A stretch of 64,000 nucleotides of DNA from a virus, in IMG/VR virus record IMGVR_UViG_3300036861_000495, positions 3,790-67,789 of that record; one strand, 5' to 3'. Below, one piece after another: positions 28,787 to 39,088 of the stretch. The position numbers were made by a program, and so were the translations under genes. The stretch's first letter is position 1, and every line of letters starts with the position of its first letter. The notes under the pieces are model-generated. The model did not search any database. It worked only from the letters and a program-made list of their open reading frames with translations, and was not told the DNA's origin.

Positions 28787-30331
28787 TTACACCACGACGT
28801 CCAAGCCAATGTAGAGTTTCATCAGGGATACATCGACAGCCGATGTGGTATGACCCGCAAACGCCCACCTGTAGGCTATCCCCTTCAGGCGCTTCTGCTC
28901 GGTCCGCTTCGGCGACGCCTGACCCAGGACGAACGGTAGCACCGCCGGCAACGTAGCCGGCTGTTCGGCCAGGTTGAAACTGAGAGACTGAGCCAGGCCG
29001 CCGTCCCGGTTCACGTTGATCGTGTGCGTGGCCGCATTTCTGGGATCGTATTCGAGTTGCAGAAACCTGCCAGCAGTCCGGCGCCCGACGGCCTGACCAA
29101 CGAATTGGGAGAAGTCCGTGTCCCACAGTTGCCACTCGAATGTGAAGGCGGCACCGTCTTGGCTTCTGTTCGTCCGATCCAGCTCCCACAGTTTGCCGTT
29201 TGCATCGACCATGGCCGGGATCGCAAAGTTGCCCTCCTTGCGCATGAAGAGCGCCTCATTCCTGTCGCGATCCGAGTATGCCCATTTCTCTCCTGTTTCG
29301 GCCGCGTCCAGAGTGTCCAGGGTGATTCTGATATTTTTTGTCGTCAACCCGGCCTGGTGGCACGCCAACATGGCTACGGCCTTCTGCTCATAGTATACAA
29401 GCTGCGCAGTCGCCAGTTGTGACAGATTGACTCTCTCGCGCATGAACGATCCGAGTTTCTTGGCGGTCAAGTCCGAGGCCCGCACCGAGCCCGATGCTTG
29501 TGTCTGAGAAAGCAGATGCCAGCCTCCGGCCGGATCAACAGACAAAACATCGTCCTCCAGCCCGATCACGTTGTATGGTCCTACGGCACCGGCTGGACCC
29601 ACCTGGTTCAGTCCCCATTGCGCTTCTGCCGGATCTCTCGTGTCCAGAAGAAACACGCCACGCGGGTACTTCCAGATGACCAGAAAGCCCTTGTAGGACC
29701 ACATGGCCACGATGTATTCGCCGACACCCGGGAAGACGGGCCGCTGGTATGGAAATGTCAGGAAGTCCTCGTGGTCAAGCTGGGACGATCTGTAGACGCG
29801 ATCCCCCAGGGCGCCCCACAAGAAACCGCCGTGGTTGCACAAGCAGAATGGCTGGTTCGCGCCAGCCCAGTCGGCCGGCGGATTGGCGATGGTGGTCATG
29901 GCGGCCCCGTCGCCGGACAGAACACGGACAGCATTGACCCTGTCCGCCATGAACAGTTTTTTGTTGTTCCCAAGCGCCTCGGCGCCAGCCTCGACGAAGT
30001 GAGGGATCTGGCCGGATGTAGTGAGACCCGAGACCAGGGCGGCGCTGTAGGTGCCCTCGCCATCGTCCTTCCGCACGGTGCCATCAGCAAACGCCGTAAC
30101 GGTGCGCTGCTGCGTCGACGTCGGAAAGTAGTCGATAGATGCTCTGGCGCTGGAGCCCACCGCGGTGCCTAGCGAGGCGGCCCCACCCTCGGTGCGAAGC
30201 GTCCTATCTTCCATCGACACGTTCCGTAACAGTTTGGCGCCGCCCATCGGAACACGGTCGGCGTTGCGAATGCCGTACACGCCGTCCTTGCCCAGAACGA
30301 TCGGAACTATGATCGAGCTATCCCACGGCAT
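28787..30331 (-). CDS. Tail nozzle / packaged-DNA stabilisation protein (P22 gp10 / T7 gp12-like)
   Basis: 514-aa beta-rich protein positioned before the ejection genes. Confidence 0.65.
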   Translation of the reverse strand: MPWDSSIIVPIVLGKDGVYGIRNADRVPMGGAKLLRNVSMEDRTLRTEGGAASLGTAVGSSARASIDYFPTSTQQRTVTAFADGTVRKDDGEGTYSAALVSGLTTSGQIPHFVEAGAEALGNNKKLFMADRVNAVRVLSGDGAAMTTIANPPADWAGANQPFCLCNHGGFLWGALGDRVYRSSQLDHEDFLTFPYQRPVFPGVGEYIVAMWSYKGFLVIWKYPRGVFLLDTRDPAEAQWGLNQVGPAGAVGPYNVIGLEDDVLSVDPAGGWHLLSQTQASGSVRASDLTAKKLGSFMRERVNLSQLATAQLVYYEQKAVAMLACHQAGLTTKNIRITLDTLDAAETGEKWAYSDRDRNEALFMRKEGNFAIPAMVDANGKLWELDRTNRSQDGAAFTFEWQLWDTDFSQFVGQAVGRRTAGRFLQLEYDPRNAATHTINVNRDGGLAQSLSFNLAEQPATLPAVLPFVLGQASPKRTEQKRLKGIAYRWAFAGHTTSAVDVSLMKLYIGLDVVV

Positions 30332-30573
30332 TACTGCTTATCCTTCCCCTTCAGAATGAGGTCGATTTGGGTCTGAAGCGTCTCAATCTGCTTCAGGAGC
30401 CGGCTGATAACCTGAGCCGCGTCCGTCTCGCCCCTCGTCCGACTAGCGACAAGCTGGTCCAGAGCCACGCGCGCTGTGCGAAGCTGGTCCTCGCAGGTAG
30501 CCTGTTGTCCCCATGTTGGATACGGCAAGAACGTCCATAGCAGGACCAGGATCGGGACTAGGCGGCGCTTCAT
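30331..30573 (-). CDS. Small signal-peptide coiled-coil protein
   Basis: ATGA overlap; MKRRLVPILVLLWTFLPYPTWG signal-like N-terminus. Confidence 0.6.
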   Translation of the reverse strand: MKRRLVPILVLLWTFLPYPTWGQQATCEDQLRTARVALDQLVASRTRGETDAAQVISRLLKQIETLQTQIDLILKGKDKQ

Positions 30574-32852
30574 GGCGTACTCTCGTGGATATAGTTCCAC
30601 CCCATGTAGTCATTGAGCGCCTTCATCATCTTCTCCATGTCGATCTTCAGACGTCGGCCGGTGGTGGTCTCGATGGAGTCGAAGATCCATAGGTTCGTGC
30701 CCTTTTCGTGGGGTGACAGCAGAGTAGCGGTGCCCCCGGAGTCCATGACCCGTAGCTCGCCCGCCGTCGAATACAGCGAAATGCCGTTGGCTAGGGTACC
30801 GACCGGCGCCGTCCCATCGAAAAGGTTGAGACACAAGGTGCAACTGGTCGTGGCGCGAGCGGTGTCATTGCCAATAGACACCGAGGTCAGGGTGCCGTTT
30901 TTGAGCATGAGGAGTCCGTTCGTCCGCAACTCCAGCAGAGTACCCCCGACGACACCGCCGGCAATATGAGCCAGTTGGAGAGGTGCCCCGGTCCCGTCAG
31001 GTGCAGATAGCTGCTGCCATCCATCGCCGTTACCCATGAATGTAAGACCGGTCCGCCTGCCGGAACCAGATAGAGCCGTCGAATGAATTGCAAGGAGTGG
31101 AATCGACGTCGCGTAGAGACCGGTCCGATTAGAGTCCGCAACGAATGCTTGGGCACCGAGGCCGGCAGACTTGAAGTACGCGCCCAGCCTTAATCCTGTA
31201 TTCGAGTATCCGACCGGACTATCAAGGACAGAGAACTGGCCGCTAGCCCTCGTCAGTCTGGAAATATCCACGGAGCCGGACGTGTGAAGAGAGACTTGCG
31301 CCTGCTGACCCGTGCCAGAATACGTCATGCCCTGTAGGATGAGATCCGAGTTGTTCCCCGCGAACACACCGATCTCGGCATTCTCCACGTTCAGGCCGTA
31401 GATACTCACCCCGCCCGAACTACCGCCCTGGGTTTCCAGCCACACCCCAGCTCGACCGAATGTCGTTGTGCCGTTACTATTACTGACCGTGAGCCGGTGC
31501 ACCCGTCCGCCCGTTTTGAGCGTGTTCAGATAGAGTCCTACAGCCACATTGGACGTGGTGTCAGATCTCCATAATTCAGTCTCTGCGATCCTCCAGTTGT
31601 CGTTGTAAATCGTGGAGGAGGTGTCAATGAAACTCGCCCCATGGGTTAGGAATGCACGGATACGAACACGATAGAGGCCGGAGTTCTCATTGGCTCGGTC
31701 AGAAAAAACACCAATGTTTACAACGTGATTCAGGTTCATCTGAAGGCTTTCCAGCCGAGTGTTGAACGCGAGCGCCGTCCCGCTTGGACTGCCTAGCAGG
31801 ATTGCAGGCGTGGCAATCGCGAGAGCCGTCGTGTAGTGGAGTGTCGTCTGTTGTGGTCCGCGGCCACGCAGCGTGACGCCGTTCTGGAGAATCAGTTGTC
31901 CGCTAACAACGCAGTCTCCTGCCGGCAGATCGACGTAATTACCCGCACTCATGTTTCCGATGGTATGGGCGGCCCGGACTAGCGCAGACCTGATGGAGGC
32001 CGTATCATCCGTCACGCCATCGCAGCGTACGCCATGATCGGCGGCATTGATCACATCGTTCGCGGCTACCGGTGGGCGACCGAATAGCAGAGCTCGGATG
32101 TGCCGCGTCGTGGAACTTTGGGGACCGGCTGTGGCGTGGAGTGCCACCGCGAAGGCGCCGGCCGGCGGAGAAGACGAGGTTGCGTGATACCGAGTCGCCG
32201 CCGCCAACTTGGCCGTACCGGAGGCCACCAGGTAGGCGCCGACATGGACGTCGCCAGTGACACCGATGTGGTGGATACCCCAGAAGGCGATCCGGCCATA
32301 AGTCGCGTGAGCGATGCTCTCTATGGCAACTCCGACCATCCCTCTCTGTGCGTAGACGGCCGTCGTGGTGACCCTTGGGCCTGGAGTGTCCTGAGAAGAG
32401 GCAGCCGGGCCATTGTAGGTGGCCACCGGGGAACCGGGGTCCAACATCACCACGTCGCCAAGAGTGATGCCACCACCGGAGTGGTTCTCGAACCGCATCG
32501 GCGGGACATACCACTGTGACGATGTGGCACTATCCTGCGATTGAAGGAGACGCAGTATCAGACCGCGTAGACTCTGGATTTCGCCGGTCATAGTCGGGGT
32601 CAGGTCCGGAGCTAGTCCGACCTGGAGCGGCTGACGCGACGCCTGGATTGCTGTCGTGGAGCTGGCGTGACTCGCCATGCAGTCCGGGTTGTCGTTCGTG
32701 ACGCCAACATTGGTGAAAGACGTCGTCAAGTCGCCGGCCGTGAGCTGGTCGCCTGTCGACCACGAGCGGAAGATTGAACAATTCCCGTTAACGGCGAAAA
32801 CAGAACTAGGAAGGCACAGGAGCACCATCACAGCGAACAGCAGTTTCTTCAT
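30570..32852 (-). CDS. Tailspike with pectate-lyase-like beta-helix and N-terminal signal peptide (start revised to ATG 32852)
   Basis: MKKLLFAVMVLLCLPSSVFA; SWSTGDQLTAGDL anchor-like motif; INAADHGVRCDGVTDDTASIRSAL...LPAGDCVV...LRGRG. Confidence 0.8.
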   Translation of the reverse strand: MKKLLFAVMVLLCLPSSVFAVNGNCSIFRSWSTGDQLTAGDLTTSFTNVGVTNDNPDCMASHASSTTAIQASRQPLQVGLAPDLTPTMTGEIQSLRGLILRLLQSQDSATSSQWYVPPMRFENHSGGGITLGDVVMLDPGSPVATYNGPAASSQDTPGPRVTTTAVYAQRGMVGVAIESIAHATYGRIAFWGIHHIGVTGDVHVGAYLVASGTAKLAAATRYHATSSSPPAGAFAVALHATAGPQSSTTRHIRALLFGRPPVAANDVINAADHGVRCDGVTDDTASIRSALVRAAHTIGNMSAGNYVDLPAGDCVVSGQLILQNGVTLRGRGPQQTTLHYTTALAIATPAILLGSPSGTALAFNTRLESLQMNLNHVVNIGVFSDRANENSGLYRVRIRAFLTHGASFIDTSSTIYNDNWRIAETELWRSDTTSNVAVGLYLNTLKTGGRVHRLTVSNSNGTTTFGRAGVWLETQGGSSGGVSIYGLNVENAEIGVFAGNNSDLILQGMTYSGTGQQAQVSLHTSGSVDISRLTRASGQFSVLDSPVGYSNTGLRLGAYFKSAGLGAQAFVADSNRTGLYATSIPLLAIHSTALSGSGRRTGLTFMGNGDGWQQLSAPDGTGAPLQLAHIAGGVVGGTLLELRTNGLLMLKNGTLTSVSIGNDTARATTSCTLCLNLFDGTAPVGTLANGISLYSTAGELRVMDSGGTATLLSPHEKGTNLWIFDSIETTTGRRLKIDMEKMMKALNDYMGWNYIHESTP

Positions 32853-32871
32853 GTGTGCCCCCATAATGCCA

Positions 32872-33738
32872 TTATGCCCCATAGGCGCCCCGGTAGCCAG
32901 TTGGGCTCTTGGTCTGTAGTCCAGACATCCGCTGTTTCTCGTAGGTAATACACCGCTCGATCATCCGCTCTGCGCGCGCCATCGTGTCATTCTCTCGCCG
33001 GTCGAATTTCATGCCGATCAGAATAGCCAGCGCGAGCTCGGCCAGGGCCGGACGCCAGAACGTGGGTATGGCCAGCGTAGTAGTCCCGGATGGATCATCC
33101 GGCACAAACGAGTAGAGGTACTCGACCCGCTTCACACTGGTCGGATAACTGGAGAGCCGGATCGTGCGCTGGCCGATGCGGGCGAAGTATTCCGGGATAT
33201 CGCTCGCGTGCGGCACCGGGAAGGCTGACCGCATGTACTCTTCGCTCTTCAGCGCCACGAACTTGCTGGTCGGGTACCAGAGGCCATCCACAAAGAGCCC
33301 CAGATCAGCATTCAGGGTGTACTCGTCCTTGTAGATGGTGCATGCCGTCCCGGCCGCGATGGCCTCTTGGGCCACGTCCAGGGTGACGGCTGTGTCGCCA
33401 GCGGTGTGTGCCGTGACGATGGCGTACCATTCCTTGCCGGTAGGCTTGATCTTCCGGCCCACGATCGAGGTGGCTGGGGCCACGGATAGGGTAGCGGCTA
33501 CAGCCTCACCGGCCGCGGCAATCGTCAACGTCGTGGTCGTGATTGAGGCCACCGTGATGAAGGCTCCGACAGGACTCTTCCTCCATTCCAGGATCGGCCA
33601 GCGAGTCGCGATATCTCGCCAGGCTTCGATGATGGCATCGGACGACAGTGTGAAGAAGTCGCCGGTCAGATCCGTGGAATCTTCGTAGCCCCGCTCCAGA
33701 ATGTGCGCCTGAATCTGCGCGAACGTATCGAGTGGCAT
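32872..33738 (-). CDS. Head-tail adaptor-like protein
   Basis: TFAQIQAHIL N-terminus, EYTLNAD, PEYFA and RLSSYP pattern of podoviral adaptors. Confidence 0.6.
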   Translation of the reverse strand: MPLDTFAQIQAHILERGYEDSTDLTGDFFTLSSDAIIEAWRDIATRWPILEWRKSPVGAFITVASITTTTLTIAAAGEAVAATLSVAPATSIVGRKIKPTGKEWYAIVTAHTAGDTAVTLDVAQEAIAAGTACTIYKDEYTLNADLGLFVDGLWYPTSKFVALKSEEYMRSAFPVPHASDIPEYFARIGQRTIRLSSYPTSVKRVEYLYSFVPDDPSGTTTLAIPTFWRPALAELALAILIGMKFDRRENDTMARAERMIERCITYEKQRMSGLQTKSPTGYRGAYGA

Positions 33739-33741
33739 GGG

Positions 33742-34098
33742 TTACCCCAGTGTTCCGCCGAAGCCAGGTGGAGCAGGCGCGGCCGGCGTAGGCGTTGGCG
33801 CTGGCCGCGGCGCGGCGGCGGCCCCGTCGGGCAGGAGGCCCTTTTCCTGGAGGAGCGAAACCAGCCAGTCGTATAGTTCCTTAGAGAGCGCGTCGGGTAG
33901 TTTCTCCGCGATGCCTGGCTCTAGTGCGAACCGGTGGACCATCTTCTCTGGTTTACCGTCCCGGGTGCAGACCACGGCTACCTCGCCGCCGGACTGGCCG
34001 TCGAGCGGCGCCCGGAGGATGAACTCCGTGAGCACCATGCCGTCGAAGGGCTGGCTGCCAAGTTCTGGCTGTGATTTGAACGCCCACGCAAGCATCAC
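33742..34098 (-). CDS. Hypothetical protein
   Basis: Overlaps the upstream stop; Pro-rich tail. Confidence 0.55.
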   Translation of the reverse strand: MMLAWAFKSQPELGSQPFDGMVLTEFILRAPLDGQSGGEVAVVCTRDGKPEKMVHRFALEPGIAEKLPDALSKELYDWLVSLLQEKGLLPDGAAAAPRPAPTPTPAAPAPPGFGGTLG

Positions 34099-35360
34099 TG
34101 ATTACTCCTATAGGACATCCCGCCGGCCACCCTGCCGCCGGATACGAAGATACACACCGCGTTACCAGCCACATCTGTTGAAATGAACGGGAACGTCGCC
34201 GTTGCCGACAGTGTCGTGCTGCCGATCGGGATTCCGTTAGCAGCCACAGTCGAGCCCAGCATGGCGCGAGTGTTCGTGCCGCACGTGGTCCCGGTACCCT
34301 CCACCAGGGAGAAGTTTGAGGAGGCCGAACCGCCGGCAATGATCGCGCAGATGAAGATTTTCTGCCCGGCTGCGCCATGAGCGATGATCCCGTCCGTCGA
34401 CTGCGAGAAGCCGACGTAGGTGTGGCAGACCAAGTTGTTGCTGCCCGTCCCGCCGGCTATGTGTAGCGGCGCCGCGGCGGTTGTTGCGATATGCGTCACC
34501 GAGGAAATATGACTGAGCGTCCAGGGCGCGCCTCCCTGGTGGGACAGGACAATCCAGGGAGTTCCTTCGACTGCCTGTACCACCCGCAATGGGATCGGAC
34601 CGGACGCCACGTGCGTTACAGAGCTGATGTGGTCGATCGTCCAGAAGGCCGTCGTCGCCTTGTGGGCCGCAACAGGCCAGATTCCTCCTTCAGGAGATTG
34701 GACCACTGGCAATGGTCGAGCCGCAGCCACATGCTGTACGGAGGAAACGTGATCCACCACCCAGAAGGCACCAACCGCCTTGTGAGCCAAGACCGGGATC
34801 GGGAAGGTGGAGGCATTCAGGTGGGCCACAACTGGTACTGGCGAGCCCTGCGGCGAGATCACCACCGGCACAGGGCCGGTCGACGTGTCGATCGTGGTCC
34901 CGCCGGTGGACGACACCTGCGGGTCGCCAGACGTCATGATGCCGAAAACCGAGACCGATCCTGGCCCAGAAAACTCCCGCAGGTCGGTACGGAACCAGTA
35001 CGAACCAGAGACGTTACAGCGCCATTGGAGATCCGCGATACCGACGTTGGCCGGCGTGAACTTGACCGACACGTGTGCCGTATTGCCACTGACTGGCAGG
35101 CAACGTACGTTCGTGTAGTGGGTGTTGTTAAGCGATGTCTGGAAGACTACCGTGGCGGCCGGGGAGGCCCCTGTTGGCACGACAATCTGGACGGTAGCTA
35201 CTGTGAAGCCGGCGACGTGCGCCACGGTCCCGGTGCTGGCGGTCGTGGCAGCAGACTGTAAGATCCACGTCTTGGCGATGCCCTGGCTGCTGGCTTCTCG
35301 ACCGGCCATGGCCAGCGCGAGAACTCCCAGGACCAATGCCAACCAGGAGCGTGGCTTCAT
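34095..35360 (-). CDS. Signal-peptide protein with HISSVxH repeats and a 4-Cys C-terminal domain
   Basis: MKPRSWLALVLGVLALAMAG; three H(V/I)SSV(Q/T)H units; paralogous to 35369-36394. Confidence 0.75.
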   Translation of the reverse strand: MKPRSWLALVLGVLALAMAGREASSQGIAKTWILQSAATTASTGTVAHVAGFTVATVQIVVPTGASPAATVVFQTSLNNTHYTNVRCLPVSGNTAHVSVKFTPANVGIADLQWRCNVSGSYWFRTDLREFSGPGSVSVFGIMTSGDPQVSSTGGTTIDTSTGPVPVVISPQGSPVPVVAHLNASTFPIPVLAHKAVGAFWVVDHVSSVQHVAAARPLPVVQSPEGGIWPVAAHKATTAFWTIDHISSVTHVASGPIPLRVVQAVEGTPWIVLSHQGGAPWTLSHISSVTHIATTAAAPLHIAGGTGSNNLVCHTYVGFSQSTDGIIAHGAAGQKIFICAIIAGGSASSNFSLVEGTGTTCGTNTRAMLGSTVAANGIPIGSTTLSATATFPFISTDVAGNAVCIFVSGGRVAGGMSYRSNQ

Positions 35361-35368
35361 GGGCCTAC

Positions 35369-36394
35369 TTATCTACCGGTACCGTCCGGATAGGCTCCAT
35401 AGATAACGATGCCGGAAACTCTCGAAGTCGCGTTCAGTTTATGCACGCAGAGCGGATTTCCGGCGGTCTGAGTCGACAGCCACGAGGTCGGGTGAACTGA
35501 CTCCATGATTGGCAATGCGCTCACGTGCCACACCGCAGCCAGATGAGGCGCTGACGGCCCCGGCCATACACCGAGCGTGCCGGTCTTGCATCCAGCAGTC
35601 GTCCCTTCGACCAAAACCACCTGTTCGTCCTGCGTCGGCGTGAGGGAATAGCCGCAGATGTAGAGCCTCTGACTGTTGCCTGCGTGGGCAATGATGCTCT
35701 CCGGGGCCGACGTGACGAAGTTGGCTTGGGAGTGGCAGTAGAATCCGGTCTTGCTGCTGGCGCCTTGGTGATATACAGGCGGCGTCCATCCGCCGCGGAT
35801 ACCGCGAGATCTAACCACAACAGAGCCGGACGTAAAGTCGATGACGCGTGTACGTGTAGCCTGTGCTCCACCAGTCGGGAATACATAGACTCCATTCGCC
35901 GTAATATTCATCACTGGCACGCCATTTTGATCAAGTCCGGCCCTCGTCAGAAATGTCGTACTGGCATCGTTAGATGTCTCGAAGACCAGCGAGATTCCTG
36001 CGGAAATAGAGGATACAGCGACTTGCACAGTGCTCACGCCCGCGTCCGTGAGGTTGCCAAAGCCCGATGTGGCCCCAAGCGAGGAGAGAGTCGCGGACAC
36101 TGTCGGATCTGATCCGTAGCTGTTGATGGCGACGTGCGTCACGCTGGAGATGTGGTTGACGGTGGCCACGTGGGCGGACGACACGATCAACGTCGACTGT
36201 GGAGAGACGACAATCGGGATCGGAGAGGCCGCCGAAACGTGAAGCACCGAAGAGATGTGGCTGACGCCGAAAAGTCCACCTAGAGGTGTCACGTTCATGA
36301 AGTCGACCGACCGTGTCACTGTGGCAGCGCCCATCAAGAACATGGCCGCCAGAGCGACGGCAAAGACCTTCTCACGCTTCGTCCATGCCTTCAT
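35369..36394 (-). CDS. Signal-peptide protein with HISSVxH repeats and a 4-Cys C-terminal domain (start revised to ATG 36394)
   Basis: AAGGAG SD; MKAWTKREKVFAVALAAMFLMGAA; two HISSV(L/T)H units. Confidence 0.75.
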   Translation of the reverse strand: MKAWTKREKVFAVALAAMFLMGAATVTRSVDFMNVTPLGGLFGVSHISSVLHVSAASPIPIVVSPQSTLIVSSAHVATVNHISSVTHVAINSYGSDPTVSATLSSLGATSGFGNLTDAGVSTVQVAVSSISAGISLVFETSNDASTTFLTRAGLDQNGVPVMNITANGVYVFPTGGAQATRTRVIDFTSGSVVVRSRGIRGGWTPPVYHQGASSKTGFYCHSQANFVTSAPESIIAHAGNSQRLYICGYSLTPTQDEQVVLVEGTTAGCKTGTLGVWPGPSAPHLAAVWHVSALPIMESVHPTSWLSTQTAGNPLCVHKLNATSRVSGIVIYGAYPDGTGR

Positions 36395-36408
36395 CTGGCT
36401 CTCCTTCA

Positions 36409-36756
36409 TTAGCGCGTCTCTTCTAGGATCTGAAGCTGTACGGTTCCGGGCGCGCGACAATCCAGGCTCCCGACGTAGTTGTCGAGCGATAGCGTCGCCC
36501 CGGCGTGGAGCGTGAATGGCTGCGCCTCACCCCTGCTGCTATTCCAGAGAACGACGTGTGTCGTGCCGACATTCTCGATGCTGATAGACAGGCGCTCAGT
36601 GTTATGCGAGAACACGTTGACCGGGTTGGCCAACAGGCAGTTCACGTTCGCGGTGCTGATGTTCCTGCCCTTCTGAAGCGTAGGCTGAGCGAAGACGCCC
36701 TGGCCCGCTAAGACCAGGGCGCCCACAAATAGCAGTACAGCGAGCGTTCGCTTCAT
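36409..36756 (-). CDS. Small secreted beta-rich protein
   Basis: MKRTLAVLLFVGALVLAGQGVFA signal; RLSISIENVGT motif; Cys pair. Confidence 0.75.
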   Translation of the reverse strand: MKRTLAVLLFVGALVLAGQGVFAQPTLQKGRNISTANVNCLLANPVNVFSHNTERLSISIENVGTTHVVLWNSSRGEAQPFTLHAGATLSLDNYVGSLDCRAPGTVQLQILEETR

Positions 36757-36759
36757 GGC

Positions 36760-37107
36760 TTACCCTTTGTAAAAGGGGCTGTCCGAATTCCAGCCGTAGT
36801 CGCTGCCCTTGCCGATGCTGAGAACGTCACCAGCGAAGTCGCTTTCCTTTTCGGACGAAAGTTTGCCGGCGGCCGTCGGACTTCCGGCGAAGTCGGCGAG
36901 GGCCCCATCTTGCCCCTCGGCAACGTAGACCGCCTCGTCGCTCTCGTTGGTCTTGCTTCGGTTCGCACCGTCGGCGGCCTTGAAGTTGCCGCCCGGCTTC
37001 TTGTTCAGATTCTTGAACTCGCCCACGCCAGCGAACTGGCCGAGGGCCTGCTCTTGACTGCCTGGCTCATATACCGCCCCACCCGTCTTGTCATCCTTGT
37101 GGAACAT
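36760..37107 (-). CDS. Hypothetical protein
   Basis: AGGAGA SD; fills the operon gap. Confidence 0.65.
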   Translation of the reverse strand: MFHKDDKTGGAVYEPGSQEQALGQFAGVGEFKNLNKKPGGNFKAADGANRSKTNESDEAVYVAEGQDGALADFAGSPTAAGKLSSEKESDFAGDVLSIGKGSDYGWNSDSPFYKG

Positions 37108-37148
37108 AGGCGTTCTCCTCTCCCTGGCAGTGCCAGGATGTCTCTAGT

Positions 37149-37682
37149 TTACACCGCGCCCTGGGCGTCACTTGCGGTCGCGTTCATGCGCACCGCGTTA
37201 AAGTCGTCGTCGGCAACTCTGAGAGCCCGCGTCCGGCGGATGAAATACTCGTCGATCAGCGCAGCGCTTTTCCCGCTCGAAATGATCTCGAATTCCGGAT
37301 TCCCCTCGGCGTCCCTGGAACGATGGAGCGCCCAGAGATGGTCCGGGTGTTTGCAGATCACGAACGGCTTGCCGCGGACCTTGTGAATCGGATGGTCCAT
37401 CGGCATCAGCTTTTTCTCCAACAACTTGCCGCGCAGGTCGTGACTGGAGAAGTCGTAGGGCGTAAAGCCCGTATCGGCGATATCCTCGGTTACCTCGCCA
37501 TCGGCGAACTTCGTGCTGCTGATGGTTCCCTTCAGCGGGAGCTGTCGGTTTCGGCGAGAGCCTAGATAGGCCACTTTGGCTTGGACGACGCCAAGCCTGC
37601 CCTCAGTGAGTCCAGCCCCTACCGTCCGCTCCGCCTGGCTGTCCATAACTTCCTCGATCGTACGATCCGTGATCTTAGGCAT
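37149..37682 (-). CDS. Hypothetical protein (start revised to ATG 37682)
   Basis: AAGGAG SD; overlaps the stop of the O-antigen ligase gene. Confidence 0.65.
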   Translation of the reverse strand: MPKITDRTIEEVMDSQAERTVGAGLTEGRLGVVQAKVAYLGSRRNRQLPLKGTISSTKFADGEVTEDIADTGFTPYDFSSHDLRGKLLEKKLMPMDHPIHKVRGKPFVICKHPDHLWALHRSRDAEGNPEFEIISSGKSAALIDEYFIRRTRALRVADDDFNAVRMNATASDAQGAV

Positions 37683-38985
37683 GAACGTGCTCCTTCCCGC
37701 TCGGACCTTTTCCGGCGGCTTTTTGAGTTGCGCTTCCACGCGCGCCACGCGCTCTACCTAGAGACACCACTGGCTTGTCGAACGCTAGCCAAGTCGTGGC
37801 GGATGACTGTAAGCGAGCTAGAGCGAAGACGGCGATGGCCGCCTGCGCAGGGAGATGGAGCGTCGGGCTTCCGAAACTATTCACCACCGCTACAACAACT
37901 ACGCCGAGCCATGCCATGTCCCATGGTATAGGCCGTTTCCACCAATCCGGCCTGCGGACTTCATTGTTCTTCTTCCAGACTATTCGGGCGGATACGCCGG
38001 CCTGAAGAACGATCAGCAGGCCCAGCACCAAGCCGATGAGCCCCAACTCGAATAGAAGCTGATATGGCTCGTTGTGCGCCTGGAGCGTTGCGAACGCCTC
38101 TATCTTGCCCGTGACAGCGCCCAGTTTGGCGTTGTATTGCTCTGCCCACACCCGCCAGTCACCGAAGCCCTGGCCGATCAGTGGGTACCGGATCAACTCG
38201 GGCCAGACCGCTTGCCAGACTTCTCGGCGTCCGGAAAGTCTCCACTCGTGGACCGTCATCACCCAGCTTGCTACGCCAGACACCAGACCCAGGACAAAGT
38301 ATCGAGTCTTGCGCCCCAGGTCAGGCCAGACAGCCACCACGATGCCAGCGAAGGCCGAGATGACTGGTCCGGCGGACTGGGAGAGCACAACCGGGACCAG
38401 GATGGCAATGGCCGCCAGCGGGCCTAGTAGAGCCCACATGATCGGGAGGGAAAGGGCCATGACCGAACCGTAGTAGTTGGGATGCGTCAGGAGCCCCATG
38501 GCTCGGCCCACCTGGTCAGGCAACACCCAACCCATCCACGGATAGATGTGGAATAGATTCAGGTAACCCAGTGCCAACTCGAAGCCGATACCGGCAGCTA
38601 GGGCCCAGCAGAAGAGCCGGACGCGGGGGGCGTCCATGTCGCGCGCGACTGCGTAGAGATAGCTGACGAAGGCGGTGAGCACAAGAAGCTGGAGCGAACG
38701 CAGCGGAAAGGCGTTGATGCCCGCACGGACAACTGCCCATGAGATCAGAGCGGCTAACGGGATTGACGCTTTAGCCACCCGGAACATTAGGGCGGCGGCG
38801 CCAGCCAGCAGCAGCCACATGATGGGGATGGCGCGCTCCAGAAGCGGCAACTGGATCATCGGAAACGGGGCGATCGGGGTATAGCCGATGACTGGGACCA
38901 GGAGCAGGAAACCTAGCGGCAGCCAAAGCCAGCCGACCAGACTGTCAGCGTTGCGCAACTCGAAAGTCTTGGGATTCAGGATCAT
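37675..38985 (-). CDS. O-antigen ligase / O-oligosaccharyltransferase (Wzy_C, WaaL/PglL-like) membrane protein
   Basis: About 11-12 hydrophobic segments; GLLTHPNYYG, SGRREVW, PLIGQGFG and AHNEPYQLLFELGLIG motifs. Confidence 0.85.
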   Translation of the reverse strand: MILNPKTFELRNADSLVGWLWLPLGFLLLVPVIGYTPIAPFPMIQLPLLERAIPIMWLLLAGAAALMFRVAKASIPLAALISWAVVRAGINAFPLRSLQLLVLTAFVSYLYAVARDMDAPRVRLFCWALAAGIGFELALGYLNLFHIYPWMGWVLPDQVGRAMGLLTHPNYYGSVMALSLPIMWALLGPLAAIAILVPVVLSQSAGPVISAFAGIVVAVWPDLGRKTRYFVLGLVSGVASWVMTVHEWRLSGRREVWQAVWPELIRYPLIGQGFGDWRVWAEQYNAKLGAVTGKIEAFATLQAHNEPYQLLFELGLIGLVLGLLIVLQAGVSARIVWKKNNEVRRPDWWKRPIPWDMAWLGVVVVAVVNSFGSPTLHLPAQAAIAVFALARLQSSATTWLAFDKPVVSLGRARGARGSATQKAAGKGPSGKEHVHA

Positions 38986-39088
38986 ACTCTCCCTTTCGTC
39001 TTCCCCCCGGACCTCTTCCGGGGGCTTGTTGTGAAGGATGCGGCGACCCCGATGCTCTGAGGCCGCCGCCGTGGTACACAGGCGCCGG

